Shown here: piece after piece, positions 1 through 9,484 of the stretch | Layout of the letters: every line of letters begins with the position of its first letter | How positions within the stretch are numbered: the first letter of the stretch is position 1 | IMG/VR virus record: IMGVR_UViG_3300042887_002087 | Location: 1-64,000 of that record | Length of the DNA stretch: 64,000 bases | DNA from: an uncultured virus (IMG/VR IMGVR_UViG_3300042887_002087) | Lineage: Duplodnaviria; Heunggongvirae; Uroviricota; Caudoviricetes | Reading direction: 5' to 3' (one strand) | The notes under the pieces: model-generated | Seen by the model: only the letters and a program-made list of their open reading frames with translations | Database searches by the model: none | What the model was told of the DNA's origin: nothing | Program-made: the position numbers and the translations under genes

Positions 1-279
1 AGAATTAACTTTTTCATCTGTGTTGTTTTTAATAATAGTTATGTTTTTTGTAACGTTGTTAATCTCTTTATCTACACTAACAATGTGATTATCAACTTTT
101 TCAATTTGATCGTCTATTTTATCGTTTGCAATGTAAACAGAATCAATATCCTTTTGTATGGACTCAATTTTAGAATTATACCCCGCAACATCAGTTTTTA
201 TACCTTGATTTTGAAATATGGTATAAGCAGCTAAACAAGCAATCAAAACTAATAGGATGTTTGTTTTATTAATCTTCAT
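1..279 (-). CDS. Membrane-anchored coiled-coil protein, possibly i-spanin-like (partial, runs off window start)
   Basis: Hand-translated, not in the ORF track: MKINKTNILLVLIACLAAYTIFQNQGIKTDVAGYNSKIESIQKDIDSV...; N-terminal hydrophobic helix then heptad-like region; TATTTATA motif 14 nt upstream. Confidence 0.6.
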   Translation of the reverse strand, partial: MKINKTNILLVLIACLAAYTIFQNQGIKTDVAGYNSKIESIQKDIDSVYIANDKIDDQIEKVDNHIVSVDKEINNVTKNITIIKNNTDEKVNS

Positions 280-306
280 ATTATACGTTTTATTATAAAT
301 ATGAAG

Positions 307-328
307 AAAGGGGGTTTTATCCCCCTTT
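307..328 (-). terminator. Intrinsic terminator after clpP
   Basis: AAAGGGGG-ttttat-CCCCCTTT inverted repeat just downstream of the clpP stop. Confidence 0.75.
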
Positions 329-332
329 AACT

Positions 333-1010
333 TTATTTCTTCTTTTTACCCACGATTTCGTCGATGATACCATAGGATAGTGCGTCTTCAGCATTTAACC
401 ACAAATCACGAGTCGCATCGTTTTTAACTTGTTCAGCTGGTTTTCCACAATACCCACCCAATAATTCAAATAGGATATTATTAACTTTTCTCCACTCAAC
501 CATACTGATTTCAGCGTCTTGGATGTTTCCAACCGCTCCACCTGAAGATTGGTGTAACATTGTTTGGGAGAACCTCAACGAACCTCTTTTACCTTTGGTA
601 CCTGCACCTAATAGGACTGAACCCATTGAAGCTGCCATACCTGTATTGATGGTTCTAATGTCTGATTTGATATAATCCATTACATCTACCATAGAAAGAC
701 CTGACTTAACTGATCCACCAGGACTGTCGATGTGCATTGTAATATCGTTACTGTCGATACTGTCTAAGAACATTAACTGAGCCTGAACAATGGTGGACAT
801 ATGATCGTCTACACCACCCGCAACCCAAATGATACGTTCCATCATCAAACGTGAGAACACGTCCATAACGGTCACATTTAAGCTTCGTTCCTCTAAGATG
901 TAAGGAGTTAAACTGTTTTCTACTTTTTGATTGTAATAGTCCAATTTCAACGAACTAATACCCTTGTCTTTTGCATAAAGACCAAACTGTTGGTAATCTT
1001 TTGGTGTCAT
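333..1010 (-). CDS. clpP: ATP-dependent Clp protease proteolytic subunit
   Basis: MDVFSRLMMERII, IDSPGGSV, GMAASMGS (catalytic Ser), MLHQ (His), RDLWLNAEDALSYGIID. Confidence 0.95.
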   Translation of the reverse strand: MTPKDYQQFGLYAKDKGISSLKLDYYNQKVENSLTPYILEERSLNVTVMDVFSRLMMERIIWVAGGVDDHMSTIVQAQLMFLDSIDSNDITMHIDSPGGSVKSGLSMVDVMDYIKSDIRTINTGMAASMGSVLLGAGTKGKRGSLRFSQTMLHQSSGGAVGNIQDAEISMVEWRKVNNILFELLGGYCGKPAEQVKNDATRDLWLNAEDALSYGIIDEIVGKKKK

Positions 1011-1027
1011 AAATTTAGTTTATAGGA

Positions 1028-1035
1028 CAAATATA
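1028..1035 (-). promoter_or_regulatory. Bacteroidota-type -7 promoter element TATATTTG
   Basis: Matches TAnnTTTG consensus 17 nt upstream of the clpP start. Confidence 0.5.
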
Positions 1036-1051
1036 ATTAAGATATTCGAAA

Positions 1052-3388
1052 CTAAGAAATTTTTGTTGTAATAAAATCCACAGACGAAACATTCTCCTCT
1101 TTTTTAATCATAATGATGTTATCCGACCAATTACGTATTAAAGAATTATGTGATATAACAAGTATATGGTCAAAATAATTTTTAATCTTTTTAAAGAACT
1201 CACCTACCATTTCAAGGTTCTCATCTGCAATCTTACCGAACACTTCGTCCATTACAACTATATTGGGCTTGGGTAAAGATGATATCTTAGTTAATACACT
1301 ACGAAGTGCTAATGAGGATATGGTTCTTTCATAACCAGATCCCGCATTAAGAGGTTTAACAATTCGTGTCTCTGTATCTATCATAATAAATTCAACCTCG
1401 TTCTTATCGTTTATATTCATCTCTAAAATGAAATGACAACTATCCACCAACAAACGATATAATTCTTGATTGATTAATGGAATCATATTTTTAAGAATAA
1501 TTTTGGATATACCATTCTTACCATATACCGTTAAGTATATTTTAAACACGGCAGATAATTCTTCCTCAGCTGTAATCTTTTTAATTAATTCTTCATTAAT
1601 ACCAATCTTCTCATTCATGTTAGTAATGTTATTGGTATGTTTTTCTATATTCGTATTCGTTTGTCTAATGTCTCCGTTAGCGGTTTCTATTTTAGTTTTA
1701 AGTGCAATAACTTCAGCATCAATCTTTTGGTTCTCTTCAAGTTTCTTTTTATTACTTTCGTAATTGTCTAATCTTTTTTGTTTACTATCAATTTCCAATT
1801 GTTTTTGTTCTACTTCTAATTCATATCTTTCTTTACGAAGTTTATTTCTTTCGTAATTTTCAAATTCAGTTTTTAATTTATCAAACCCTTCAGATTGTTC
1901 CTTTAATAAATCAAACTGTATTTGATTTAATTCCATTTCTTTAATGATGTCTTCAATTTCTTTTTTAATCTTTTCAATTTCATCCGTATGATCTACTTCA
2001 TCTAACGCACGATTACAAGTAGGACAAACTGTTCCTTCTTCAAATTGTTTAATTAGTTTTTCTCTTTGGGTCTTTTCATGTTTGGATACAACATCAATTC
2101 CTTGTAGGTTTGCCATTTCACCTCTTAACTCTTTGTGTTGGTCTTCATCGTAGAATTGTGATGGTTCGATTACATTAACTCCATTGGCGTTTGTTTGACT
2201 TACATTTTTTTGAGTTAATAAAAAAGTAACTTCTCTTTGTAATAAAACTGGATTGGTATTGATAAGTTCCTTATCTACGTCGTTGTTTCTTTTTAAAAAT
2301 ACTTCGTCTCTTTTCTTTTCTAACTTTGTTAATTCTTTTTCAAATTTACCTAACTCTTTTGTTAATTTAACAATCTCACTTTCAGAGTTAGTTATACTTT
2401 CTTTGTATGTTTCATTATCGGATTCTAAACTAACTTTGTTATATGTGTTAGATACTAATTTCTTAGACCAATCATTATACATCTCTTTAGCAATTTCTTC
2501 TTTTGCTTTAAGACTTTCTAATCCCATGAACTTTGTTAATATCTGTCCACGAGCTGTTGGTTTAGACTCAATAAGTTCTTCTAAGTTATAACCAGTTGTT
2601 AATATAGTTGATAAGAAGTCTTCTTGTGTTCCAATTGCAGACGATATAAATGCTTCCGTCTCTCTTCTTTGTTCGCCGGATAAATTTACAATAGATCCGT
2701 CTTCAGCTTTCTTAAAAAATTCTAAGTCATTCTTAACCGTGTATTCACCTGACTTACTCATCTTACGAGATGTCTTTCTCTCAATTACATAATCATCTCC
2801 ATCAATTGTAATCTCACCACGAACACTCACATCATTCTTATCGGTAAATCTATTAAAGATTTCTCCGTTAGTTTTAGTTTTAGTTGTTGTGTTGAAGAAT
2901 AGAAACATCAATAGATCTACAGATGATGTAGACTTACCACCGAAATTCTTTGGTGTGGATTCGATTACCGTAATACCGTCCAACCCAGTAAAATCAATAA
3001 CGTTATTATCTCCGAATGATAGAAAATTAGAAAACTCCACTTTCCTAATATACCATTTATTATATCTAACTTTGTTTTCATTTAATTTGTCTATTTGGGA
3101 ATTTACTTTATTATCTAATCTTTCCATTAACTCCTCCTTAATGATTATTTCATTGTCGGAAAGAAAATCCTTCATCAATTTCTTTTGGTATTGATGATCT
3201 AAGATGTTATCAGATGCTTCTAAAGACTCTAAACGTGTTTGATTAACATTAGTTAAAGTCTTAGTAATTACCTGAACGGTCTTCGCATTATACTTTTTCT
3301 CAAAATAAGATTTCACCCTTCTGATTTTCTCAGGAGTGAAATTCTCAGGTACATCTTCCCAAGTTACTTTTATAAAAGGATTACTCAT
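1052..3388 (-). CDS. sbcC: SbcC/Rad50 (T4 gp46-like) recombination ATPase with extra N-terminal domain
   Basis: KVEFSNFLSFG, Walker A-like KNFGGKST, long coiled coil with CPTC zinc hook, GSGYE signature, Walker B VVMDEVFG, VISH. Confidence 0.9.
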   Translation of the reverse strand: MSNPFIKVTWEDVPENFTPEKIRRVKSYFEKKYNAKTVQVITKTLTNVNQTRLESLEASDNILDHQYQKKLMKDFLSDNEIIIKEELMERLDNKVNSQIDKLNENKVRYNKWYIRKVEFSNFLSFGDNNVIDFTGLDGITVIESTPKNFGGKSTSSVDLLMFLFFNTTTKTKTNGEIFNRFTDKNDVSVRGEITIDGDDYVIERKTSRKMSKSGEYTVKNDLEFFKKAEDGSIVNLSGEQRRETEAFISSAIGTQEDFLSTILTTGYNLEELIESKPTARGQILTKFMGLESLKAKEEIAKEMYNDWSKKLVSNTYNKVSLESDNETYKESITNSESEIVKLTKELGKFEKELTKLEKKRDEVFLKRNNDVDKELINTNPVLLQREVTFLLTQKNVSQTNANGVNVIEPSQFYDEDQHKELRGEMANLQGIDVVSKHEKTQREKLIKQFEEGTVCPTCNRALDEVDHTDEIEKIKKEIEDIIKEMELNQIQFDLLKEQSEGFDKLKTEFENYERNKLRKERYELEVEQKQLEIDSKQKRLDNYESNKKKLEENQKIDAEVIALKTKIETANGDIRQTNTNIEKHTNNITNMNEKIGINEELIKKITAEEELSAVFKIYLTVYGKNGISKIILKNMIPLINQELYRLLVDSCHFILEMNINDKNEVEFIMIDTETRIVKPLNAGSGYERTISSLALRSVLTKISSLPKPNIVVMDEVFGKIADENLEMVGEFFKKIKNYFDHILVISHNSLIRNWSDNIIMIKKEENVSSVDFITTKIS

Positions 3389-4493
3389 TAGTTTTTATTT
3401 CATCAATGAAACCATTATTAATTAATACACCTTGTATTAAATCTGATCTTAAATTAAACGCTCCGTTTGTTGATTTAAAAGATACTTTAGACCAATCGGT
3501 ATTAGTAAGTAAATTAAAAATATTTTCTTTATCTTTTAATATGACAATACCATATCCGGTTTTTTTAGGTAATGATAAAAAATTATCATGTATCCTCATA
3601 TTATCCTGACCAAAACAAGTCAATGGAAGATATATGTCACATTTATCTAACATATTTTTATTTCTCGTCGTTGCAATCGTTCCTCCATTAGACAACGAAT
3701 ATAATTTTATATAATCATTACATGTTCTATTATCCTTTCCAATTTTAAAATTTTTAGACCATATTTGAAATATGACATTAACCTTAACTTCTTTTCCATC
3801 AGGAAAATAAAAATGAGGATTAATGTTTGAACTGTATATTAAATTCAACCCTTCTACTCTTGATTTAGTCGATCCTTTACCGTCACTATCAAATAGTTGT
3901 GGCAATATAAAACCAACAAAATCTGCGTAGTTTGAATGATTTAAAAATCTTAAAGCCAAATTTGATCTTAAACCAAAAGGTGGATTACCTAAAACCAAAT
4001 ATTTCTTATCCGTATCGGGTGACCATTTCAAATAATCTTTAATAACAATATTTTCTAAATTACTTTCAATGTCAATACCAATTCTTCTATCTTCAGGAAA
4101 TAAATTATAAAAACTACCGTCCCCAACGGATGGTTCTACATATGTGTATTCTAATTCATCTACATCATGTTCTTTTAAAACCGTTTGGAAAAGATCAAAA
4201 CATAATTTGGCAGTTTCTTTTGATGTAAAGAATTGATCTTTTTCTTTTGGAGTTAATGTTGATAGATCAACAGGTATACCCAACATTTCCGATAAATCAA
4301 ATTTATAATAATTGGGTACATTATCAAGATCAATCCATCTTTTTATTGTACCGTTATTAACATTGATATATTTTGATATATGTTTTATACCCTCAATCCC
4401 TAAACTAATTTTTTCTTTTTTTGTTTGTTCTTTAGTAAAAGTAATGTTAGAGTATTTTTCAATACATTTAAATAAAATATCTAAATTATCCAT
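3381..4493 (-). CDS. N6-adenine DNA methyltransferase with N-terminal HTH
   Basis: QFFT, motif I YVEPSVGDGSF, GIDIE, motif IV NPPF; N-terminal IKHISKYINVNNGTIKRW resembles an HTH. Confidence 0.85.
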   Translation of the reverse strand: MDNLDILFKCIEKYSNITFTKEQTKKEKISLGIEGIKHISKYINVNNGTIKRWIDLDNVPNYYKFDLSEMLGIPVDLSTLTPKEKDQFFTSKETAKLCFDLFQTVLKEHDVDELEYTYVEPSVGDGSFYNLFPEDRRIGIDIESNLENIVIKDYLKWSPDTDKKYLVLGNPPFGLRSNLALRFLNHSNYADFVGFILPQLFDSDGKGSTKSRVEGLNLIYSSNINPHFYFPDGKEVKVNVIFQIWSKNFKIGKDNRTCNDYIKLYSLSNGGTIATTRNKNMLDKCDIYLPLTCFGQDNMRIHDNFLSLPKKTGYGIVILKDKENIFNLLTNTDWSKVSFKSTNGAFNLRSDLIQGVLINNGFIDEIKTNE

Positions 4494-5181
4494 TAATAAT
4501 TAAATGTTTTTCTAAAAATCTTTTTATTTGTTCATCTGTAGAATTATATATTTCTATTGTGTTTCCAAATCGAACTCCTTTATATAATGAACTAAGACTT
4601 AATGTTAATTTACCAACATCAGTTCTTTTTCTTATACATAATTTAACATTAAAAACTTCGTGTGTTTCAATTGGATATAATTCTGAAGGATTAATAGATG
4701 TCATAAATATTTCATTTGGGGTGATAGACATTAATATATACTTATCACATACGTTTTCTTTAAACGTCTCATATTGAAATGTATTATTGTTTGTTCCAAC
4801 TGTTGCAGTTTTAATTTCAGTCCTAACCGTTGTATTAGATTGTAATGGGTATATTTTCATATCGTAAATACCATCACCTTTATTTGTGTTTCTATCTCCA
4901 TCGTATTCAACAGTAAACGTTTTGGGGTAATTTTTAACGATTGATTCAACCATTAATTCCCCTACTTTTCCTACTGCATCTGAATTACCTAAACTTTTTA
5001 TTTTTTCGTTTTTAGACCCTACCCATTTATTGCTGGTTTTAATTTTTTCAATTGATTCTAATAAAACATTACTACAACTATTATTTTTCGATGGTGTGTC
5101 TTGTTCAATTATTTTTATTTGTTTTTCAATTTTTTGATTGTAAATCATTATATCCTCATCAGTTATTGTAATATTTGCCAT
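4486..5181 (-). CDS. Putative type II restriction endonuclease (PD-(D/E)XK)
   Basis: GKVGE...YD...EIKTA pattern; overlaps the methyltransferase start by 8 nt. Confidence 0.6.
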   Translation of the reverse strand: MANITITDEDIMIYNQKIEKQIKIIEQDTPSKNNSCSNVLLESIEKIKTSNKWVGSKNEKIKSLGNSDAVGKVGELMVESIVKNYPKTFTVEYDGDRNTNKGDGIYDMKIYPLQSNTTVRTEIKTATVGTNNNTFQYETFKENVCDKYILMSITPNEIFMTSINPSELYPIETHEVFNVKLCIRKRTDVGKLTLSLSSLYKGVRFGNTIEIYNSTDEQIKRFLEKHLIING

Positions 5182-5188
5182 TTTATTT

Positions 5189-5503
5189 TTATTTTATTCT
5201 ATTTTCTTCAAAAAACTCAATTATTGAATTTAGGCACCACACCGCTCCCGATGTAAAAACAGCATCAGCAAAAAGATTCCAAAATAAATTTGTTTGGAAA
5301 TAGTGATTACATAAACCACCTAACGCAAGTGACATTACCCAACCTAAGTGAAAACCCAAACATAGGGGACATGTCATAAGTTTATAAAAGAAAGAAGATT
5401 TAGTTTTTACCCATTCTCTCAAGTCTTCAAAGATTGTCGACCAAGAAATTATACACATACATCCGTAAGCGGCAAGGACCCAAAATAACATTATCATAAT
5501 CAT
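5189..5503 (-). CDS. Small membrane protein, DUF1360-like
   Basis: Hydrophobic helices with a LMTCPLCLGFHLGW CxxC motif. Confidence 0.6.
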   Translation of the reverse strand: MIMIMLFWVLAAYGCMCIISWSTIFEDLREWVKTKSSFFYKLMTCPLCLGFHLGWVMSLALGGLCNHYFQTNLFWNLFADAVFTSGAVWCLNSIIEFFEENRIK

Positions 5504-5528
5504 TAAATTTTTTATTATTATAAATTAA

Positions 5529-5564
5529 AATAACCCCCATATTAATTAAAATACAGGGGTTATT
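5529..5564 (-). terminator. Hairpin/terminator
   Basis: AATAACCCC ... GGGGTTATT inverted repeat downstream of the 5570..6121 gene. Confidence 0.55.
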
Positions 5565-5569
5565 CTATA

Positions 5570-6121
5570 TTAAAAGTTTGTATCTAAAATGTACACACCA
5601 TCAATTAGGTTGTACACTTCAACATCTTCTCTTTTAAATGATCTCCATTCTTCAGGTTCACCTGTGGTAATCCATTTGGTTTGGAAATTTGCAACATGAC
5701 ATTTAGCGGGATTTGCAAATGTTTCAGGTCTAATTAAAATAACCTGAGAAAAATCCACATTAGTTCTAATGTAAATATTTTTATCCCATCCTTGATTTTT
5801 TTCGGGATTCCAATATTTGGACTTCCTCCACCAAGGGATGTTTACGGTTTTAAAACCTAAACCGCTTTTGTTATTAAGACCCTTGTTTTCATCTGAGAAA
5901 AAATCACCAGTCCAATTTTTGGAATGTTCGATTTCTATTCCCCAAATAGGGTCTTCTTTGTACAATAAATCAATACCGTACTTATTTGGATTTGCAATCA
6001 TTTCAAGTTCTAATGTTTCCATTGAGAATTTAATTATTGCATTTCTTGATGAGGAATCATCGAAACCTCCCGTGTTGTAGACTCTTGGTCTACCTGTAGC
6101 CATTGTTGACATAAGATTCAT
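5570..6121 (-). CDS. Putative PD-(D/E)XK-like nuclease
   Basis: YGIDLL...GIEIEHSKNW resembles a D...ExE catalytic arrangement. Confidence 0.45.
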   Translation of the reverse strand: MNLMSTMATGRPRVYNTGGFDDSSSRNAIIKFSMETLELEMIANPNKYGIDLLYKEDPIWGIEIEHSKNWTGDFFSDENKGLNNKSGLGFKTVNIPWWRKSKYWNPEKNQGWDKNIYIRTNVDFSQVILIRPETFANPAKCHVANFQTKWITTGEPEEWRSFKREDVEVYNLIDGVYILDTNF

Positions 6122-6208
6122 TTTTTTATATCATTTATTTATCATTTCTGATTATAATAAAGTATAAATAAATTATCTCGTAAAAAAAAGTAAGTTGCCG
6201 GAAATGTT

Positions 6209-6742
6209 TTATTCATCATACAGTGATCCTAAGTCACTATTTTTAAGGTATCTACCTTTACCTAAACCACTTAAAGATTTGGTTATTTTATCTAAATCAG
6301 ATTTTAATTTTTCATTCTCCTTCATCAACTTTTCTATCTCTTCGTTGTTGGTTATCTCTTTAATAACTTCCACAATTTTTTCAACAGGAACCTCTTTAAT
6401 GACTTCCTTTGTAACGGTCTTAGTCTTACCCTTCTTTTCAACTACAACCTCTTTAATGACCTCTATTGGTACCTCTATTCTTACTTCCTTAATTACCTCT
6501 TTAATAACTTCAATAGGTACCTCTACAATTTTTTCAACTTCAACAATCACTTCCTTTATTACCTCTTTTGTGACTTCGACTATTTCTTTAGTTCTATTAC
6601 CATTTGGTGTCTCACCATACTTTAACAAAGAAAACCCTCTATTGAAGGTTTCTTGTGCTAACTTATCTACATTATCTATTTTATTTAATTCACAATATTG
6701 AATAAACTCATTATCCAAGATTAACGTGCTCTTCGGTTTCAT
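6209..6742 (-). CDS. Hypothetical protein with KEVI/EVP charged repeats and coiled coil
   Basis: KEVIKEVIVEVEKIVEVPIEVIKEV low-complexity core. Confidence 0.7.
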   Translation of the reverse strand: MKPKSTLILDNEFIQYCELNKIDNVDKLAQETFNRGFSLLKYGETPNGNRTKEIVEVTKEVIKEVIVEVEKIVEVPIEVIKEVIKEVRIEVPIEVIKEVVVEKKGKTKTVTKEVIKEVPVEKIVEVIKEITNNEEIEKLMKENEKLKSDLDKITKSLSGLGKGRYLKNSDLGSLYDE

Positions 6743-7535
6743 TTTCTATGTCTTTGATATCGTTTATTCTAAAGTGTAGGAACGGTTGTGCATTTTCTAA
6801 ATCGTGAAATTCATATTCATTAGATTCTACATCGTATACTCCATACCCATGATGTTTAACTGTCTCTCCAAAATTTTGTTGTATAAGACTACCAACCATT
6901 ATTGCATGACCTCCATTTGGTAATGTGAACTGTTGTCTCTTGTGAATATCACCACATAACAATAAATCTAAATCAACAAAGTTTAATTGATCATACGCAT
7001 CTTCAAACTCATAACCTAAGTCTGTCGATAACCCCATAATCGGTCCATGGAACAGTCCAACCGTTAATAAACCTTCTTGTTTTGTAAATTCAGGTCTTAC
7101 GTTGTGTTGATATAATGAATAAACAACCCATTGAACGCTACCATCGGTATCAACATAATCACCACTATCTTTTAGGTATGTGATGTGTTGATTGTCTAAT
7201 AATTGAACGACTGGTGTTATACTATCCATACGTTGTGTATTATTCTCCAAGAAGTCGTGATTACCTGGTATTATTACAACCTTACCAAAACGAGTTAACT
7301 CTTTTAAAAACCAACTCGTTAATAGTAATTGTTCATTTGAAATATTAATTTTTTGATGTGCGATATCACCCGCAACAACAATTCTAATTTCGTTATGTGA
7401 TATATTTTCATCTGCCCATTCTAAAAATTTTACACTTAATTCATTTAATAATATTTCGAATTGTTCTCTATACAAATCATGCATTTGAATTGTACGAATA
7501 TGTAAATCAGCAATATGAATTATCTTTTTGACCAT
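6711..7535 (-). CDS. sbcD: SbcD/Mre11 (T4 gp47-like) metallophosphoesterase nuclease
   Basis: ADLH, AGD, GNHD, FHG, GDIH, GSLIQQNFGE motifs. Confidence 0.9.
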   Translation of the reverse strand: MVKKIIHIADLHIRTIQMHDLYREQFEILLNELSVKFLEWADENISHNEIRIVVAGDIAHQKINISNEQLLLTSWFLKELTRFGKVVIIPGNHDFLENNTQRMDSITPVVQLLDNQHITYLKDSGDYVDTDGSVQWVVYSLYQHNVRPEFTKQEGLLTVGLFHGPIMGLSTDLGYEFEDAYDQLNFVDLDLLLCGDIHKRQQFTLPNGGHAIMVGSLIQQNFGETVKHHGYGVYDVESNEYEFHDLENAQPFLHFRINDIKDIENETEEHVNLG

Positions 7536-8389
7536 CTTGAAATATATTTTGATAAATCCATTTGTAGGATTGCGTTGTTAATTTGATGTGGAACTTTATA
7601 TTCAACAAATGTTGCGTCGTCTTTTAATAATACAACTACATTACCTAATAATTTAGTATCGTTATATTTTGTTCCTTCCAACATCTTACGCAACAATCGA
7701 CCATATAATGGTAATTGTAAATAATAATGACCTAAAGCATTATCATGATAATTGTTAAATGGTGGATATAATCTACCCGTGTAATGATGAACTTCAAAGT
7801 TCTTTGGTTGGTTTGTTTTCCAATCTGTAATAACAAATCCAAATCCATCCTTCTCTTTGTTTTGCATCAACCATACTTTATCTGGTTGTCCTGTATATTG
7901 TTCTGTTGGGTCTCCTAATACGATTTCAGTATCTAACAACACGCCACCACGTTCTAACATTAAATCAAGAAATTGTTTTCCTGCAATAATCATGTTATCA
8001 CTCTTACGTTGTTGTTCTTCATTAATTTCAAATATTGGTTGTCTAACTTCTTTGTAGTTATCGAAACGACCAATTAATTCAGATTCTAATTCAAAGTGAA
8101 CACGACTACCCATATTAGTTGATAGGTCACCGGCTTGTTTCCATTCGGCAAGTAATTGTGCTTGACCTTCAGGATCTCCTTTAGACATCTTAAGTGCCAT
8201 ACCATCAGCATCAAATGGTTTATGAAATTTCTTTACAATTTTTGATACTGATGGAAAGTTCTTTTTAATTTCACCATCAACATCTTTCATATAGTAGATA
8301 TGTTCTTCTTCTATAAATGTTAATTCTAATTCTTGTCTTCTTTTTTCTAATAAGTCATTTATCTCTAATGAGATGTCTTTTAAATTCAT
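7520..8389 (-). CDS. PD-(D/E)XK exonuclease (RecB/Cas4-like family)
   Basis: PSVSKI, GSRVHFELE, GQPD...ITDWKT, LQLPLY. Confidence 0.8.
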   Translation of the reverse strand: MNLKDISLEINDLLEKRRQELELTFIEEEHIYYMKDVDGEIKKNFPSVSKIVKKFHKPFDADGMALKMSKGDPEGQAQLLAEWKQAGDLSTNMGSRVHFELESELIGRFDNYKEVRQPIFEINEEQQRKSDNMIIAGKQFLDLMLERGGVLLDTEIVLGDPTEQYTGQPDKVWLMQNKEKDGFGFVITDWKTNQPKNFEVHHYTGRLYPPFNNYHDNALGHYYLQLPLYGRLLRKMLEGTKYNDTKLLGNVVVLLKDDATFVEYKVPHQINNAILQMDLSKYISRWSKR

Positions 8390-8390
8390 T

Positions 8391-9332
8391 CTAATCTATT
8401 TGTTTCATTTTATATTCACTTAAGTTCCCTTGTAAATCGGCAATATCTTTATCCCCTTCTAATTTAATACTCCACACTTTCCCCATTAGTTTTCCACAAT
8501 TCAATCTATGGTATAATCTTTCTTGATCATTATACGCATCGGGATCTAGTACTATAACTATTTTTTTTGCATTATTGTAGAGTTTCATAAATAAATGTTC
8601 ACTAATAAACTTTCCTAACATTGGAATTGCATTAGGAATAAAAATACTATCGAAAGCACCTTCCACAATGTATATTGGTTCGTCCCAATTAATTAAATGT
8701 TCATTGAAAATAATTGTTTCCTTTTGTGCTTCAGGATTCATGTATTTTCTTTTTGTCTTCTGTAAATAAGAACGAGCAATAAAATAGTTTAATCTTTTAT
8801 TTTCATCATAAGATGGAATGATAATCCTACTTTCATATGGGCCACTATAACAAAATCCAATATTGTATATTTGCAACATCAAATCTGTTATGTGTCTATT
8901 CTTAATGTAGTTGTAAGCCTGCTTGTATTGTGGGGTCATCTTAAGTCCCATACTAGCATCTTTGAATGGAACAAATTCTTTTGGTAATTTTACAGGTTTA
9001 TATGTTCTTGCGGCAATTTCCTCATCATCTTCAGGTTTTAATAAAAGATATTTCTTTAATTGTTTTGGATTACCAAACTTCTTAATTAACTTATAGATTG
9101 ATCCGTGTGTACTATGTGTCTCAGCACATACCCAACATTTATAAACACCGTATTTGTAATTGATTTCAAGGTTTCCTTTACCGTCTCCTTTATCTAAACC
9201 TTTAATTTCGTGTGAACACACAGGGCAGTCAAAGGATACCTGATATCTATAATCATTATGATTCTTATAGTCACCAAATATATCTTCTAAAATATCAAAT
9301 ACGGCAGAATAGTCTACTTCTTGGGTGTTCAT
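8391..9332 (-). CDS. DNA primase (Zn finger + Toprim); start moved to MNTQEV
   Basis: CPVC...CWVC, RIIIP, KYMNP, VEGAFD, LDPD; the track's extension to 9404 runs through a hairpin region. Confidence 0.9.
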   Translation of the reverse strand: MNTQEVDYSAVFDILEDIFGDYKNHNDYRYQVSFDCPVCSHEIKGLDKGDGKGNLEINYKYGVYKCWVCAETHSTHGSIYKLIKKFGNPKQLKKYLLLKPEDDEEIAARTYKPVKLPKEFVPFKDASMGLKMTPQYKQAYNYIKNRHITDLMLQIYNIGFCYSGPYESRIIIPSYDENKRLNYFIARSYLQKTKRKYMNPEAQKETIIFNEHLINWDEPIYIVEGAFDSIFIPNAIPMLGKFISEHLFMKLYNNAKKIVIVLDPDAYNDQERLYHRLNCGKLMGKVWSIKLEGDKDIADLQGNLSEYKMKQID

Positions 9333-9359
9333 GATTATAATATAATAAAAAAGTATGAT

Positions 9360-9430
9360 AAAAAAAAATGGGAGCCGGACACCACGCCGACTCCCTCCAA
9401 CCAAACTTGTATTTCTACAAGTCCCGTCCT
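9360..9430 (-). ncRNA. Candidate small structured RNA
   Basis: TATTTATA motif at 9433-9440, then ACUUGUA-GAAA-UACAAGU hairpin, GGGAGUCGG/CCGGCUCCC hairpin and U-tract. Confidence 0.45.
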
Positions 9431-9484
9431 AATATAAATATATCTTTTACAGCTCGTAAAGTAAAACTTTAGTTGCCGAATATT

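Noticed and set aside
9333..9404. Primase N-terminal extension from the ORF track
   Set aside because: TTG start running through hairpins and a poly-T tract; the ATG at 9332 is more plausible
9360..9430. tRNA
   Set aside because: No cloverleaf, T-loop or acceptor stem; two serial hairpins instead
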